64,000 nucleotides of DNA from Thermoanaerobaculia bacterium (GTDB lineage Bacteria; Acidobacteriota; Thermoanaerobaculia; Multivoradales; JAHZIX01). This document shows positions 33,912-42,753 of the stretch, piece after piece. Numbering within the stretch: position 1 is the first letter of the stretch; each line of letters opens with the position of its first letter. Where the stretch lies: contig JALXFE010000182.1 in assembly GCA_027069135.1 (NCBI GenBank), positions 67,175 through 131,174 of the forward strand. Direction: 5' to 3'. A model generated the notes under the pieces. It did no database searches. It was not told the DNA's origin and was given only the letters and a program-made list of their open reading frames with translations. The translations under genes and the position numbers were made by a program.

Positions 33912-36464
33912 ATGGCCTACCGTCGAAGGGCACTCGAGATCCTCGCCGTCGTGATCGTGACGGCTTGCGGCGGTCCCGGGGAAGGAACCGGCGTCGGCGC
34001 GGGAGATCCACTGGCGGACTGCGACCGAAGATACGCCCTTGCGCCCGCAGCTAGAAAGTCGGTCGACTGCTTCTACCAGTACGCCAAGAAGGCTTCCGCC
34101 AACTCGGAGCGAGCCCGGATTCGCCTGGAGAAGCTCATCGGTGAATCTCCCGGTGGCCCATGGCTCCGCTTCTACCTTGGGAATGTGCTCTGGGGCCACA
34201 GTGACTTGGAAGGAGCGGAGCAGCGCTACCGCGAGGCAGCGAAGCTCTTCAAGGAAAAAGGCGATAGAACTGGCGAAGTCGAGGCACGGACAACCTTGAT
34301 CCGACTCCTACAGTCACAGCCGCGACAAGATTGGCAGTGGCTCTGGGAAGAGCTCGAGATTCTCTCAGAGACCGCCCAAACCAGCGGCGACCCTGTCCTC
34401 CGAGCTCGGGCAGATATCAGAGAGGCAAATCAGCTACTGATCGAAGGGCGTGACCTCGAGCGGGCCTACAACCTGCTGCTGGCCGGGGAGACTCGAGTGA
34501 AAACGGCCCGAGATCGAGATCGCTATCTCGGCCGGTGGCTCGAGACCATGGTCAAGACGAGCTACTCCCTGGATCGTCTGCAAATCACGCAAGGGTATCT
34601 CCATGATTGGAAGGAGTTCCTCGCAGCGTCGGGCAGGAATCCCCAGCAATGGGCTACAGCTCTACATCTCGAGTTGGCGGTCTACGTCACCCTGGCCCCA
34701 CCTTCCGCGAAGGCTGGAGAACACGCTTTGGAGCTCGCCTACGAAGCCCTGGAAGCCGCCAGAGAAGCCAGGAGCTTCGAGAACTTCGTCCAGGTTCAGC
34801 GCCTCCTCGGAATGCTCGAGGGAGGGGAACGAGGGCGGAAGGCCCTCGAGGACTCAGTCGAGCGTATCGGCGATTTGCATCCCGAGATCGCGAGGCTCTG
34901 CCGAAGTGCATTGGCGGTCAACCTTGCGGCTCATCAACCGGAGGAAGCTCGGAGTCAAATGGGGGAAGTCCTGACCTCGGCAAGGGCTGCCGAGGACTCA
35001 TGGTCGCTACTCTTTGCCCTCGAGGACTCGGTCAAGATCGACTGGAAGATTCTGGAACGCGACCACGCTCTCGAGCGAACACAGGAGGCTCTCGACGCCA
35101 TAGAGGCCTTGAGAGCACGGCAGAAAGGAGACCTCGGGCGTGGGGGAGTCTTCTCCGCTTGGATGGGCCTCTTCGAGCTACAAGCTGGACGGCTTCTCTC
35201 CGGCACCGGCGGTGTTCCTTCCCGGCTCGATCTGGAGAGGGCTTTCGCGGTGCTGGAAAAGAAACGCGCTCGGGTGCTTCTCGAAACTCTTCAGGCATCC
35301 GGGGCCGAAGATGTCCGGCTCCCTACCTTCCCTTCCCTTGCCGAGGTAGAGGGGAGCCTGAGGGAGAACGAAGCCATGCTCTCGTATCAACTCGCCTACG
35401 ATGAGGACCTCTTTCGGGAGTTTGTAGGTGGGTCATGGATTCTCGTGTCGACCCGGGGAGGAACGCGGGCCTACAGGTTGCCGAACCTCCTCGAACTACA
35501 AGAACCCTTCGAGGGACTCAGGAGGCTCGATGACCCCGGCGATGATCCAGGCCTGCTAGCCTACCTCCATAGGCAACTCCTGGACAAAGCTCTGGAGAAG
35601 CTGCCTCGGGGTATCGCGCGCCTCATTCTCGTCTCCGACGGAGCCCTCCACCAACTTCCCTTCGCCGGCCTTCGGGAATCAGCAAAGGGGCCGCCGCTGA
35701 TCGCCCGATTCGAGCTCTCGACCGTACCGTCGGCGACCCTATGGTGGCAGTGGCGGCAGAGTGAGGACGTCCAGGGCAGCCTCCCGGCTCTGATCCTCGC
35801 CGACCCGGACATGGCTGACCTCGAAGAGGCGGGAAACCACCGGCGGCCGGACGAAAAATCAAAGAAAATTCTGGGCTCCCTGCCCTATGCTCGCGTGGAG
35901 GGGCAGCTGGCCTTTCGCTACCTTCGAGGGGACAATCGACTCCTTCTCGGGGCAGAGGCTTCGGAGCATGGCCTCAAGGAGAAGCTCCTACAAGGGGACT
36001 TCGGGGCGATCCATTTCAGCGCTCACGCCTGGGCTGACGAGAGGTTTCCGGAACGATCCGCGATCTACCTGAGCTCTGGAGACGGCGAGGACGGCTTGTT
36101 GCATCCTGAAGAGATCGCCAACTTGAACCTCCGAGGCTTCCTCGTCGTCCTCGCGGCCTGCGACACCGGAGCGGGCGAGGTGCTTCGAGGAGAAGGAACC
36201 CTAAGCCTCGCGAGGTACTTTCTCAAGGCAGGTGCTGACAGCGTCTTAGCGAGCCACCGGAAACTGCCAGATCGGGAGGCGGCGGAGTTCTTCGCCTCTT
36301 TCTACCGCCTGGTTGGAGAAGGAGATAGCGTTCAGGCAGCCCTGGCAAGCGCACAGCGAGAAGCTCGCGAGAAGGGAGTCTCAGAAGGAGTGTGGGCCAA
36401 TATCGTCCTCTTCGGCGACGGCTCGTTGGTACTTCGCCCTCGGACCGAGGGGCCACGTCTGTAG
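33912..36464 (+). CDS. TPR-CHAT (caspase-like) protease, predicted lipoprotein
   Basis: GGAGG RBS before ATG 33912; lipobox VTAC; TPR-like helices; CHAT motifs DGALHQLPF, IHFSAH (His), VVLAACDTG (Cys). Confidence 0.88.
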   Translation: MAYRRRALEILAVVIVTACGGPGEGTGVGAGDPLADCDRRYALAPAARKSVDCFYQYAKKASANSERARIRLEKLIGESPGGPWLRFYLGNVLWGHSDLEGAEQRYREAAKLFKEKGDRTGEVEARTTLIRLLQSQPRQDWQWLWEELEILSETAQTSGDPVLRARADIREANQLLIEGRDLERAYNLLLAGETRVKTARDRDRYLGRWLETMVKTSYSLDRLQITQGYLHDWKEFLAASGRNPQQWATALHLELAVYVTLAPPSAKAGEHALELAYEALEAAREARSFENFVQVQRLLGMLEGGERGRKALEDSVERIGDLHPEIARLCRSALAVNLAAHQPEEARSQMGEVLTSARAAEDSWSLLFALEDSVKIDWKILERDHALERTQEALDAIEALRARQKGDLGRGGVFSAWMGLFELQAGRLLSGTGGVPSRLDLERAFAVLEKKRARVLLETLQASGAEDVRLPTFPSLAEVEGSLRENEAMLSYQLAYDEDLFREFVGGSWILVSTRGGTRAYRLPNLLELQEPFEGLRRLDDPGDDPGLLAYLHRQLLDKALEKLPRGIARLILVSDGALHQLPFAGLRESAKGPPLIARFELSTVPSATLWWQWRQSEDVQGSLPALILADPDMADLEEAGNHRRPDEKSKKILGSLPYARVEGQLAFRYLRGDNRLLLGAEASEHGLKEKLLQGDFGAIHFSAHAWADERFPERSAIYLSSGDGEDGLLHPEEIANLNLRGFLVVLAACDTGAGEVLRGEGTLSLARYFLKAGADSVLASHRKLPDREAAEFFASFYRLVGEGDSVQAALASAQREAREKGVSEGVWANIVLFGDGSLVLRPRTEGPRL

Positions 36465-36557
36465 CCGCCCTCCGACTCTGAAGAATCTTGGGATCGTTCG
36501 GGAAGCTCTACTGGCACCGAGGTCTCGGCCTTAGCCCGGGCAGTCATCGACTACCGG

Positions 36558-37241
36558 TCACTCCAGCTCGACGATTCCACTCTTTGATGAGATCTCCAAG
36601 CCGCGGTGGAAGGCGACTACGGTGTACCGAAGCCTGCTTCCCGTCGAGAGAACCCTCAGCTTCTCTTCGGGCACCAGATATTCGGCAGCGTGCAGATCCT
36701 CCACCTCGTCTACCAGCTCTTGATCTTCCTCGGTGCTCCAGACCACTCTCACTTCGCAACGGACCCCATCGGGAATCTCTCCCCAACGGAGTAGAAAGTT
36801 TCTTCTTGGCAGGGTTTTCGGCGTCGACAACCGCAGCGAGAATCCTTCGACTCCACGCAATGTAGTAATTTCCGTATCCTCGGAAGGAGCCCAGAGGCGA
36901 ACGGCAAACAGGCCGACGGCTACGATCAAGAGAGCTGCTGCAAGGCGGCCGTAGCGCCACCAAAGATGCGTGTCTCGGCGAGGGCTCGGACCTTGTAGGA
37001 CCACGGGAGGGCTCTGCGGCTCTTCTCGAAGCTCCCGAGCGACCTCCCAAAGCTGCCCACAAAGCAAGCAGGATGCCACGTGATCCGTGAGCTCACCGAC
37101 TTCTTTGGGGGAGAGCTCGCCGGCCACCGCCTCCCAGAGTCGAGCCCCGGGCGGACAATCCGCTCTCGGGACCTGCTCCCCAGCGGCGGCCCGTAGTGAA
37201 ACTCGGATTCGCTCAATGGCCTGCTGGGGTTCACGGTTCAA
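36558..37241 (-). CDS. Membrane-anchored zinc-finger (zf-HC2) anti-sigma factor
   Basis: TTG start overlaps the sigma stop; DCP...HVASCLLC motif; one TM helix; TLRG motif then a beta-rich C-terminal domain. Confidence 0.8.
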   Translation of the reverse strand: MNREPQQAIERIRVSLRAAAGEQVPRADCPPGARLWEAVAGELSPKEVGELTDHVASCLLCGQLWEVARELREEPQSPPVVLQGPSPRRDTHLWWRYGRLAAALLIVAVGLFAVRLWAPSEDTEITTLRGVEGFSLRLSTPKTLPRRNFLLRWGEIPDGVRCEVRVVWSTEEDQELVDEVEDLHAAEYLVPEEKLRVLSTGSRLRYTVVAFHRGLEISSKSGIVELE

Positions 37242-37759
37242 AACGTGAAGTCCTTCTTCGAGAGGCAGAGGCGAAGATCGGCCAATCCACGGTAGATGCG
37301 GTTCCGCGCCTGTTTCAGACCCCATCCCAAGAGGTCGGCGACCTCCTGAGCATTGTGGCCGAGCCTCCGAAGAGTCAGGGCTCGACAGCGATTCCTGTTC
37401 ATGCTTCCCATACAGTCGACAATCGCACGGCCCATTTCTCGGCTAGCCAAGTGTTGATCCGGCCCGAGAGCCGTTGACGCGCCAGTGGGTGGCTCTCCTT
37501 CAACATCCAGGGGCTCTTCCTTCCTTCGTACAGTCCGTCGAATCTCGTCCACGAGGACGCTATAGGCGACCTTCCTCAGGTAGAACGATGAGAACGTCCG
37601 ATCTTGCTCACTGCGTTGTTGAATCTCCCAAACCCGTAGCACAGCCTCCTGAGCAAGGTCATCCACGCTGCCGCGAAGCCACCCCGGGCATTTTCGCCGC
37701 AAGATCGAGACGAGTTCCCTGCGCAGGACACGATAGCTGATCGGTGGCTCGGCTTCCAA
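37238..37759 (-). CDS. ECF RNA polymerase sigma factor
   Basis: VDDLAQEAVLRVW (region 2); GHNAQEVADLLG...RNRIYRGLADLR (region 4). Confidence 0.9.
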   Translation of the reverse strand: MEAEPPISYRVLRRELVSILRRKCPGWLRGSVDDLAQEAVLRVWEIQQRSEQDRTFSSFYLRKVAYSVLVDEIRRTVRRKEEPLDVEGEPPTGASTALGPDQHLASREMGRAIVDCMGSMNRNRCRALTLRRLGHNAQEVADLLGWGLKQARNRIYRGLADLRLCLSKKDFTF

Positions 37760-38088
37760 GAGATGCTCCGGATCGGCGGCCGTAGGTCCCCATCGCGAGC
37801 TTCTCCCGATGACCGCCGAATGATCTGATTAGAGACTTCTTCTGCAATCGAAATATTAGCACAGCTCTCCTCATTGGCTGAGAGTGCCGCGACAAGAATG
37901 AAAACCAGAAAAGCTGGCGAGAAAGTGAGCATCCTCTGCGCCGGGGTCGTTATTCACCATGATCGGCAACAAGACCGGGTCGATGCATCGATCGACGAAC
38001 TGCAACGTCCTGCCGGACCTCTATGCCTCCGAATACTTGGTGGCTGGAGAGGTCTTAGTTTTCAAGGGTCACAACGAGGAGAGCCGTC

Positions 38089-39087
38089 ATGACATCTTTT
38101 CAGCGATTGAATCGGGTACTTGGAGTTACCGTTTTCGCAGTACCTATCCTCTCATTTCCTCTCTCGGCGCAGAATTCGTGTAGAGGGAGGTGTGACGAAG
38201 AAAATCCAAGACATCTACCAGATATCTGTATGCACTCCGCATTTGACAACTCTTCCGGTACCACCCATGTGAGTGTAACTTTATCTTGTCCAGCAGGCTC
38301 AAAGACCGGACGGATAGAGATTGGCGAGGGAACAGAACTACAAGGCAAGGTTGGCCCTGTGATCGCGGGGAACGCACTCATGGAGTTCGACATCGTCAAC
38401 GATCCTCCCGTGAAATCGATCCCAGTCCGGGGGACTTGCCTGAATACGAGAGAGGGAAGAGAGGCTTTCATTACGCGGGATTTCTGTGTGGATTACGAAT
38501 CAAGTGGCGAGAACTTAGATCCTGGCGAGAACCTAGGTCCGCAGCCGGTAATCTGGACGGGCTCCGGCCCCGACGGACTCGAAGGGTTCGATTTTCAGGT
38601 TGCTCTCGTCTGGATCGACGGTGCCCCCGATCACGAGACCGCCTATCGCATCGAAGTCATCAAGCGCTTGAGTGATCGGTCCTCCTACCGCATCGGCTTG
38701 ACCCGGGCGGAAAGCGTCGAGCAGATTCTTGTCGCTGGAGGCCAGGCCCAAAGCATAAGGGCATCGAGGGATCACCTCCTCGCCGACTTCTCCTATGACC
38801 TGGATCTCTGGGGATACAGGAGGCTCGAAACATCAGCATTCTTTGGCCCCGGCTGGGCGTTTGTCTCCGGCGATGACCACGTAGCCCAAGGCGGCGGGAG
38901 TCTAACGAACCTTGAGGATAGCGAGGGCCTGACCGCTCACTTCGGTTTGGGACTGAAGGCGAGGCTGAGCGATCGGGTTTATTGGAGTGCCACGGCAAGA
39001 GCCCGGTGGTTCGAGGCCCGTGTCGATGACGAGCTCGACACGGAGATCGCCATCGGAGTCGGCTTCCGCTTCGGTGGACAGCAGTAG
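38089..39087 (+). CDS. Exported protein with Cys-containing N-terminal domain and C-terminal outer-membrane beta-barrel
   Basis: GAGGAG RBS; signal peptide (PLSA/QN); alternating amphipathic strands ending EIAIGVGFRF. Confidence 0.65.
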   Translation: MTSFQRLNRVLGVTVFAVPILSFPLSAQNSCRGRCDEENPRHLPDICMHSAFDNSSGTTHVSVTLSCPAGSKTGRIEIGEGTELQGKVGPVIAGNALMEFDIVNDPPVKSIPVRGTCLNTREGREAFITRDFCVDYESSGENLDPGENLGPQPVIWTGSGPDGLEGFDFQVALVWIDGAPDHETAYRIEVIKRLSDRSSYRIGLTRAESVEQILVAGGQAQSIRASRDHLLADFSYDLDLWGYRRLETSAFFGPGWAFVSGDDHVAQGGGSLTNLEDSEGLTAHFGLGLKARLSDRVYWSATARARWFEARVDDELDTEIAIGVGFRFGGQQ

Positions 39088-39119
39088 ATAGAAACGAATC
39101 AAACAGAAAGGAGACAGCG

Positions 39120-40070
39120 ATGGCTACGAGAGATGCACAGAGCCAGCTTGCCGTGGTCCAGGAGGCCCGGGAGGCGAATGAACGGGAGATCCTTGCTTTA
39201 CCGAATGTGGCCGGAGTGGGGGTCGGATACAAAGTCACCAAGGGAAAGGAGACGAAGGAGCTCTGCGTGGTGACCTATGTGGAGACCCGAGTCGATGCCA
39301 CCGAGCTGAAGAAATCGGACATCGTGCCGAAGACCGTCAAAGCTTCGGAGGCTGCGGTGCGGGTGAAAACCGACGTCGTCGAGGTCGGCAAGATTGAAGC
39401 GCATGCCTTTACGGCACGAATCCGTCCTGCAAAGCCCGGCTACAGTATCGGTCACCCTCTGGTAACGGCAGGTACCTTCGGCTGCCTGGTGCGGGAGAAG
39501 TGCGGCCGGTGCCGGGTCTTGATGTTGAGCAATAACCATGTCATGGCCAACTCGAACTCCGCCTCCATCGGCGATCCCATTTTTCAGCCCGGGCGAGTGG
39601 ACGGGGGCCTGCCGGCGGCAAACCGAATCGCTCGGCTGCGGCGCTTCGTGCCGATCCGATTCAACGATCCGAACAAGCACAACCTGGTAGACGCCGCGAC
39701 GGCCCGGCCCCGAAATCTACGCGATGTCGTCGCGTCCATCACCGGCCTGGGGATTCCGAAGGGAACCGTCGAGGCCACTCTCGGGATGCGGGTGACGAAG
39801 AGTGGGCGAACGACCGAGGTGACGACCGGCCGGGTGATCGGTATCGATGCGACGCTGGCGGTGGGCTATGGCTCCATGGGGGTCGCCTTCTTCCGCAATC
39901 AGATCGTGACTACGGGGATGTCTGCCGGTGGTGATTCCGGCTCCCTTCTGCTCAGTGAGAGTGGCAGGGAAGGCACAGGGCTTCTCTTCGCAGGCTCTTC
40001 CGCCGTGACCCTTCACAACAACCTCAACAATGTCCTGATGGCTCTGGGAGTAGAGCTCATCACCGCCTGA
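39120..40070 (+). CDS. Trypsin-like (S1, Nal1-like) serine protease with N-terminal pro-domain
   Basis: AAGGAG RBS; GTFGCLV, LSNNHV (His), VDAA (Asp), KSGRTT, GDSGS (Ser); no signal peptide. Confidence 0.88.
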   Translation: MATRDAQSQLAVVQEAREANEREILALPNVAGVGVGYKVTKGKETKELCVVTYVETRVDATELKKSDIVPKTVKASEAAVRVKTDVVEVGKIEAHAFTARIRPAKPGYSIGHPLVTAGTFGCLVREKCGRCRVLMLSNNHVMANSNSASIGDPIFQPGRVDGGLPAANRIARLRRFVPIRFNDPNKHNLVDAATARPRNLRDVVASITGLGIPKGTVEATLGMRVTKSGRTTEVTTGRVIGIDATLAVGYGSMGVAFFRNQIVTTGMSAGGDSGSLLLSESGREGTGLLFAGSSAVTLHNNLNNVLMALGVELITA

Positions 40071-40097
40071 ATTCAACCCCTATTGAAAGGAGAAGCC

Positions 40098-41024
40098 ATG
40101 CTTAATTTTTCGAAGCTCCCCGACCGTAACTGGCTGGACGAGGAGGCCGAACGAGAACCCGAGAAAGAGTACGCCGAAGAAGAAAGGGCGATCGCCGCGC
40201 ATAAGGAGGCCCGCAAACGGACGGAGGCTCAGACCTCGGACTTTCTCTCCCGCCTTCGGTTCAAGGCCTCCGACCTCGAGAAGGAGAACCGTGAGGAGAA
40301 CGCCTACGCGGATGAGTCCTTGAAGGTCGCGGAAGAGGACCTCGCCAGCCGTGAAGAGGTGGACGAGACGGAGACTATGGAGCTCCTCAGCCTCGACATG
40401 AACATCGCTCCGCAAACCGTGGCCGGGACGGGTCCGGGCCATTACTATGATTCCAATCCCTACCATTGTTGGTGGCGTAGGTACACTCACAATGAGGGTG
40501 GAGTCACGACCGGCCGGGCCGGCTGCAGCCGTTCCGCCCGAAAGATGTACCTCGATGCCTATGCCCGGGGCGACGGCGCCGGCTTTCGGGACGACAACTA
40601 CACGACCTGTTGGTCGAAGCTCTACTTCGCCTTCTGGCCCCGGCGCAACGGTCACGTTCGGGCGTTTGTACCGTTCACCACCCGCGGCTGGTATCGTATC
40701 TACGCCAACGACAAGTGGTACAACTCGAAGTCCGCGAAGATCGATCTGGACGTTCAGGTACAGCTCTATCAGAACTATTGGGGCGGCTACGTCAAGGACG
40801 ACGTCTTCCGTATCAGTAGGGGCAACGTCAATCGCAGCGGGCGGATCGATAGGTCTCGGAGCCTTTACAGCGGAGGTATCCCAGTGGGGGCCAATAAGTG
40901 GGTCATCGCCGAGGTGACGACCCGGGCCCACGCCTACACCTCCGGCGGCGGCTCGACGGCGAAGCTGGGCTTCTGGCCTCCGGACAATGTTTTCGCGCCC
41001 TACGTCCGTTTCGACTTCTCGTAA
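40098..41024 (+). CDS. Hypothetical protein with acidic helical N-terminus and basic, aromatic, beta-rich C-terminus
   Basis: AAAGGAG RBS; host-like codon usage; lies between the protease and a terminator. Confidence 0.75.
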   Translation: MLNFSKLPDRNWLDEEAEREPEKEYAEEERAIAAHKEARKRTEAQTSDFLSRLRFKASDLEKENREENAYADESLKVAEEDLASREEVDETETMELLSLDMNIAPQTVAGTGPGHYYDSNPYHCWWRRYTHNEGGVTTGRAGCSRSARKMYLDAYARGDGAGFRDDNYTTCWSKLYFAFWPRRNGHVRAFVPFTTRGWYRIYANDKWYNSKSAKIDLDVQVQLYQNYWGGYVKDDVFRISRGNVNRSGRIDRSRSLYSGGIPVGANKWVIAEVTTRAHAYTSGGGSTAKLGFWPPDNVFAPYVRFDFS

Positions 41025-41031
41025 TCCAGGT

Positions 41032-41069
41032 CGGGAGATTCGGCCTCTTCCGGGCCGAGTCTCCCGTTT
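41032..41069 (+). terminator. Intrinsic terminator-like hairpin
   Basis: 14-bp stem CGGGAGATTCGGCC / GGCCGAGTCTCCCG (one G-U pair) followed by TTT. Confidence 0.65.
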
Positions 41070-41143
41070 CCCGGTGATTCTCACGGGGAAGCGGGAGGGA
41101 CCATAAAGATCTCGGTATCATTGTCCGGAGGAGGAAATCGGCT

Positions 41144-41551
41144 GTGAAGAAGTACCAGGGGGTTCTCTGCCATCGGATCCCGATCCCACCGGTTGCGCTG
41201 GCCTCTTTGGGTCCGGTGGCCCTGATGGGTCTGCTGGCCTGTAGCGGCGGCTCGCGGCCGGAGGATCCCAGCCATTCCGAAAGAGCCGCGAAAACTACCC
41301 TCGAGGAGTCGGGAGATCCGATGGGAGAAGAAGAAGTGAGCACGATCGAATCGATACGGGCCGAGTACGAGGCCCTCTTGATGGCCATTCCAGGAGTCGT
41401 GCTGGTCGGCACTGGTCTCGGTGCGGACGAAAAGCCCTGCCTGATGATCGGCACCTCCCGGCCGGTAGACGAGGTCCGTGAGCAGCTGCCGGAGGAGATC
41501 TTCCAGGTCCCCGTTGAGTTGAATTACCTGGGGGACATCGAGGCCCAATAG
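41144..41551 (+). CDS. Small lipoprotein resembling the pro-domain of the neighbouring protease
   Basis: GGAGGAGG RBS; lipobox LLAC; LMAIPGVVLVGTG...PCL...LGDIEAQ. Confidence 0.75.
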   Translation: MKKYQGVLCHRIPIPPVALASLGPVALMGLLACSGGSRPEDPSHSERAAKTTLEESGDPMGEEEVSTIESIRAEYEALLMAIPGVVLVGTGLGADEKPCLMIGTSRPVDEVREQLPEEIFQVPVELNYLGDIEAQ

Positions 41552-41597
41552 CCGACGCTCAACCCGAGACCCGTCGCTGCGCCGTCACCCCGAACGA

Positions 41598-42647
41598 TCA
41601 GCCTCGTAGCCCAAGTCGCTCCAGGCGTGCGTGGCGGGCTTCTTGGGAGAGGGCCGCGAGCCCTTCTACGGCCCCGTAGAAACAGGGGAGATCCCCGGAA
41701 CAGCTTTCGAGGAGGCGCCGCAGGGCCGGGACCTGGTCATGGTAGGCGCCGACGGATGCGAGGTGAGCGTTGTTGAGGCCGGATTGGAAGAAAGCATCAT
41801 AGCCCCCGTAGCCGCCCCAACTGTCTCGAAGGGCGCGATACTCCCGCGCGAGAGATCGGAAAATCTCCTTTTTCCGCCGTCGCTTGGCGTCGGTCGAAGT
41901 AGCCTCGGAGTACGCTTCCCGGAGCTTGTCACGGCAATTCCTGAGCAGTTGGGCCATCTGCTGCTGACGCCCTCGAGCCTCGAGGTAGCCAGCGAGCAGA
42001 TCGCTTCGGCCTCCCGAGACGAGCCATCGCCGTACTCCTTCTTCCTCGACCACCGTCGCGAAGGATTCGTTGAGGACCGTATCTCCCTTCTGGTAGAAGC
42101 GCTGATGGGCCAGCTCGTGGAAGAGAATGCCCGCGAGAGAGGCGGGGGGGAGGTCGATGAAGGTGGAGAGTACCGGGTCTTTGAAGAAACCGAGGGTGGA
42201 GTAGGTCGTCGCTCCGGAGACCTGGACATCGAGGCCGTCTTTCTCGAGGCGGGCGGCGAAGCGCTTCGCCCGGTCCGGAGCAAAGTACCCCCGGTAGGAA
42301 ACACAGCCGGCGAAAGGGAAGCACCAATGCACCGGCGTGACGGAGAGCTCCGGAGCAGCGACGACATTCCACACGGCGTAGGGCCGATCGAGGTGCGTGT
42401 AGTGTCGGTAGCTACCGTTGTCCGGCAGGCTCAGGTCGTGGATCGCGAATTCCCGAGCCTCGTTGATGAGTCGCAGCCGCCGGACCAGATCTTCGGAAGC
42501 CTCCGGATCCTTGAGGATCTTTTCGATGGGCCGGCGCTCGCGAAGGATCTCCAGACCACCACGGATTCCCTGGGAGTAGAAGCAGCCCGTCGAGCTCAGG
42601 ATCGGCAGCACGAGGCCCAGGATGAGGCAAGGGATGCTTCGGTGCAT
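41598..42647 (-). CDS. Putative zinc aminopeptidase (DUF2265-like), lipoprotein
   Basis: WCFPFAGCVSYRGYF, YSTLGFFKDP, LFHELAHQ...NESFAT; STGC lipobox. Confidence 0.88.
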   Translation of the reverse strand: MHRSIPCLILGLVLPILSSTGCFYSQGIRGGLEILRERRPIEKILKDPEASEDLVRRLRLINEAREFAIHDLSLPDNGSYRHYTHLDRPYAVWNVVAAPELSVTPVHWCFPFAGCVSYRGYFAPDRAKRFAARLEKDGLDVQVSGATTYSTLGFFKDPVLSTFIDLPPASLAGILFHELAHQRFYQKGDTVLNESFATVVEEEGVRRWLVSGGRSDLLAGYLEARGRQQQMAQLLRNCRDKLREAYSEATSTDAKRRRKKEIFRSLAREYRALRDSWGGYGGYDAFFQSGLNNAHLASVGAYHDQVPALRRLLESCSGDLPCFYGAVEGLAALSQEARHARLERLGLRG

Positions 42648-42753
42648 GGCGGGGATTCTATCGTGGCCCGGAGTCCCGGCGGGACGAGTGGATTCTCGAC
42701 GCGGTCCGGCGGGCGCTTGCGCTGCGTCCGGCGGGCAGGCATGATTTAGCCCT

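Noticed and set aside
33912-37759. Type III-E CRISPR (Craspase) locus
   Set aside because: No Cas7-11, Csx30/31-like genes or array. The CHAT protein is a predicted lipoprotein and the anti-sigma is a membrane zf-HC2 type.
38170-38232. Somatomedin-B domain suggested by QNSCRGRC
   Set aside because: Only the first two Cys match; the following CxCxxxC...CC pattern is absent.
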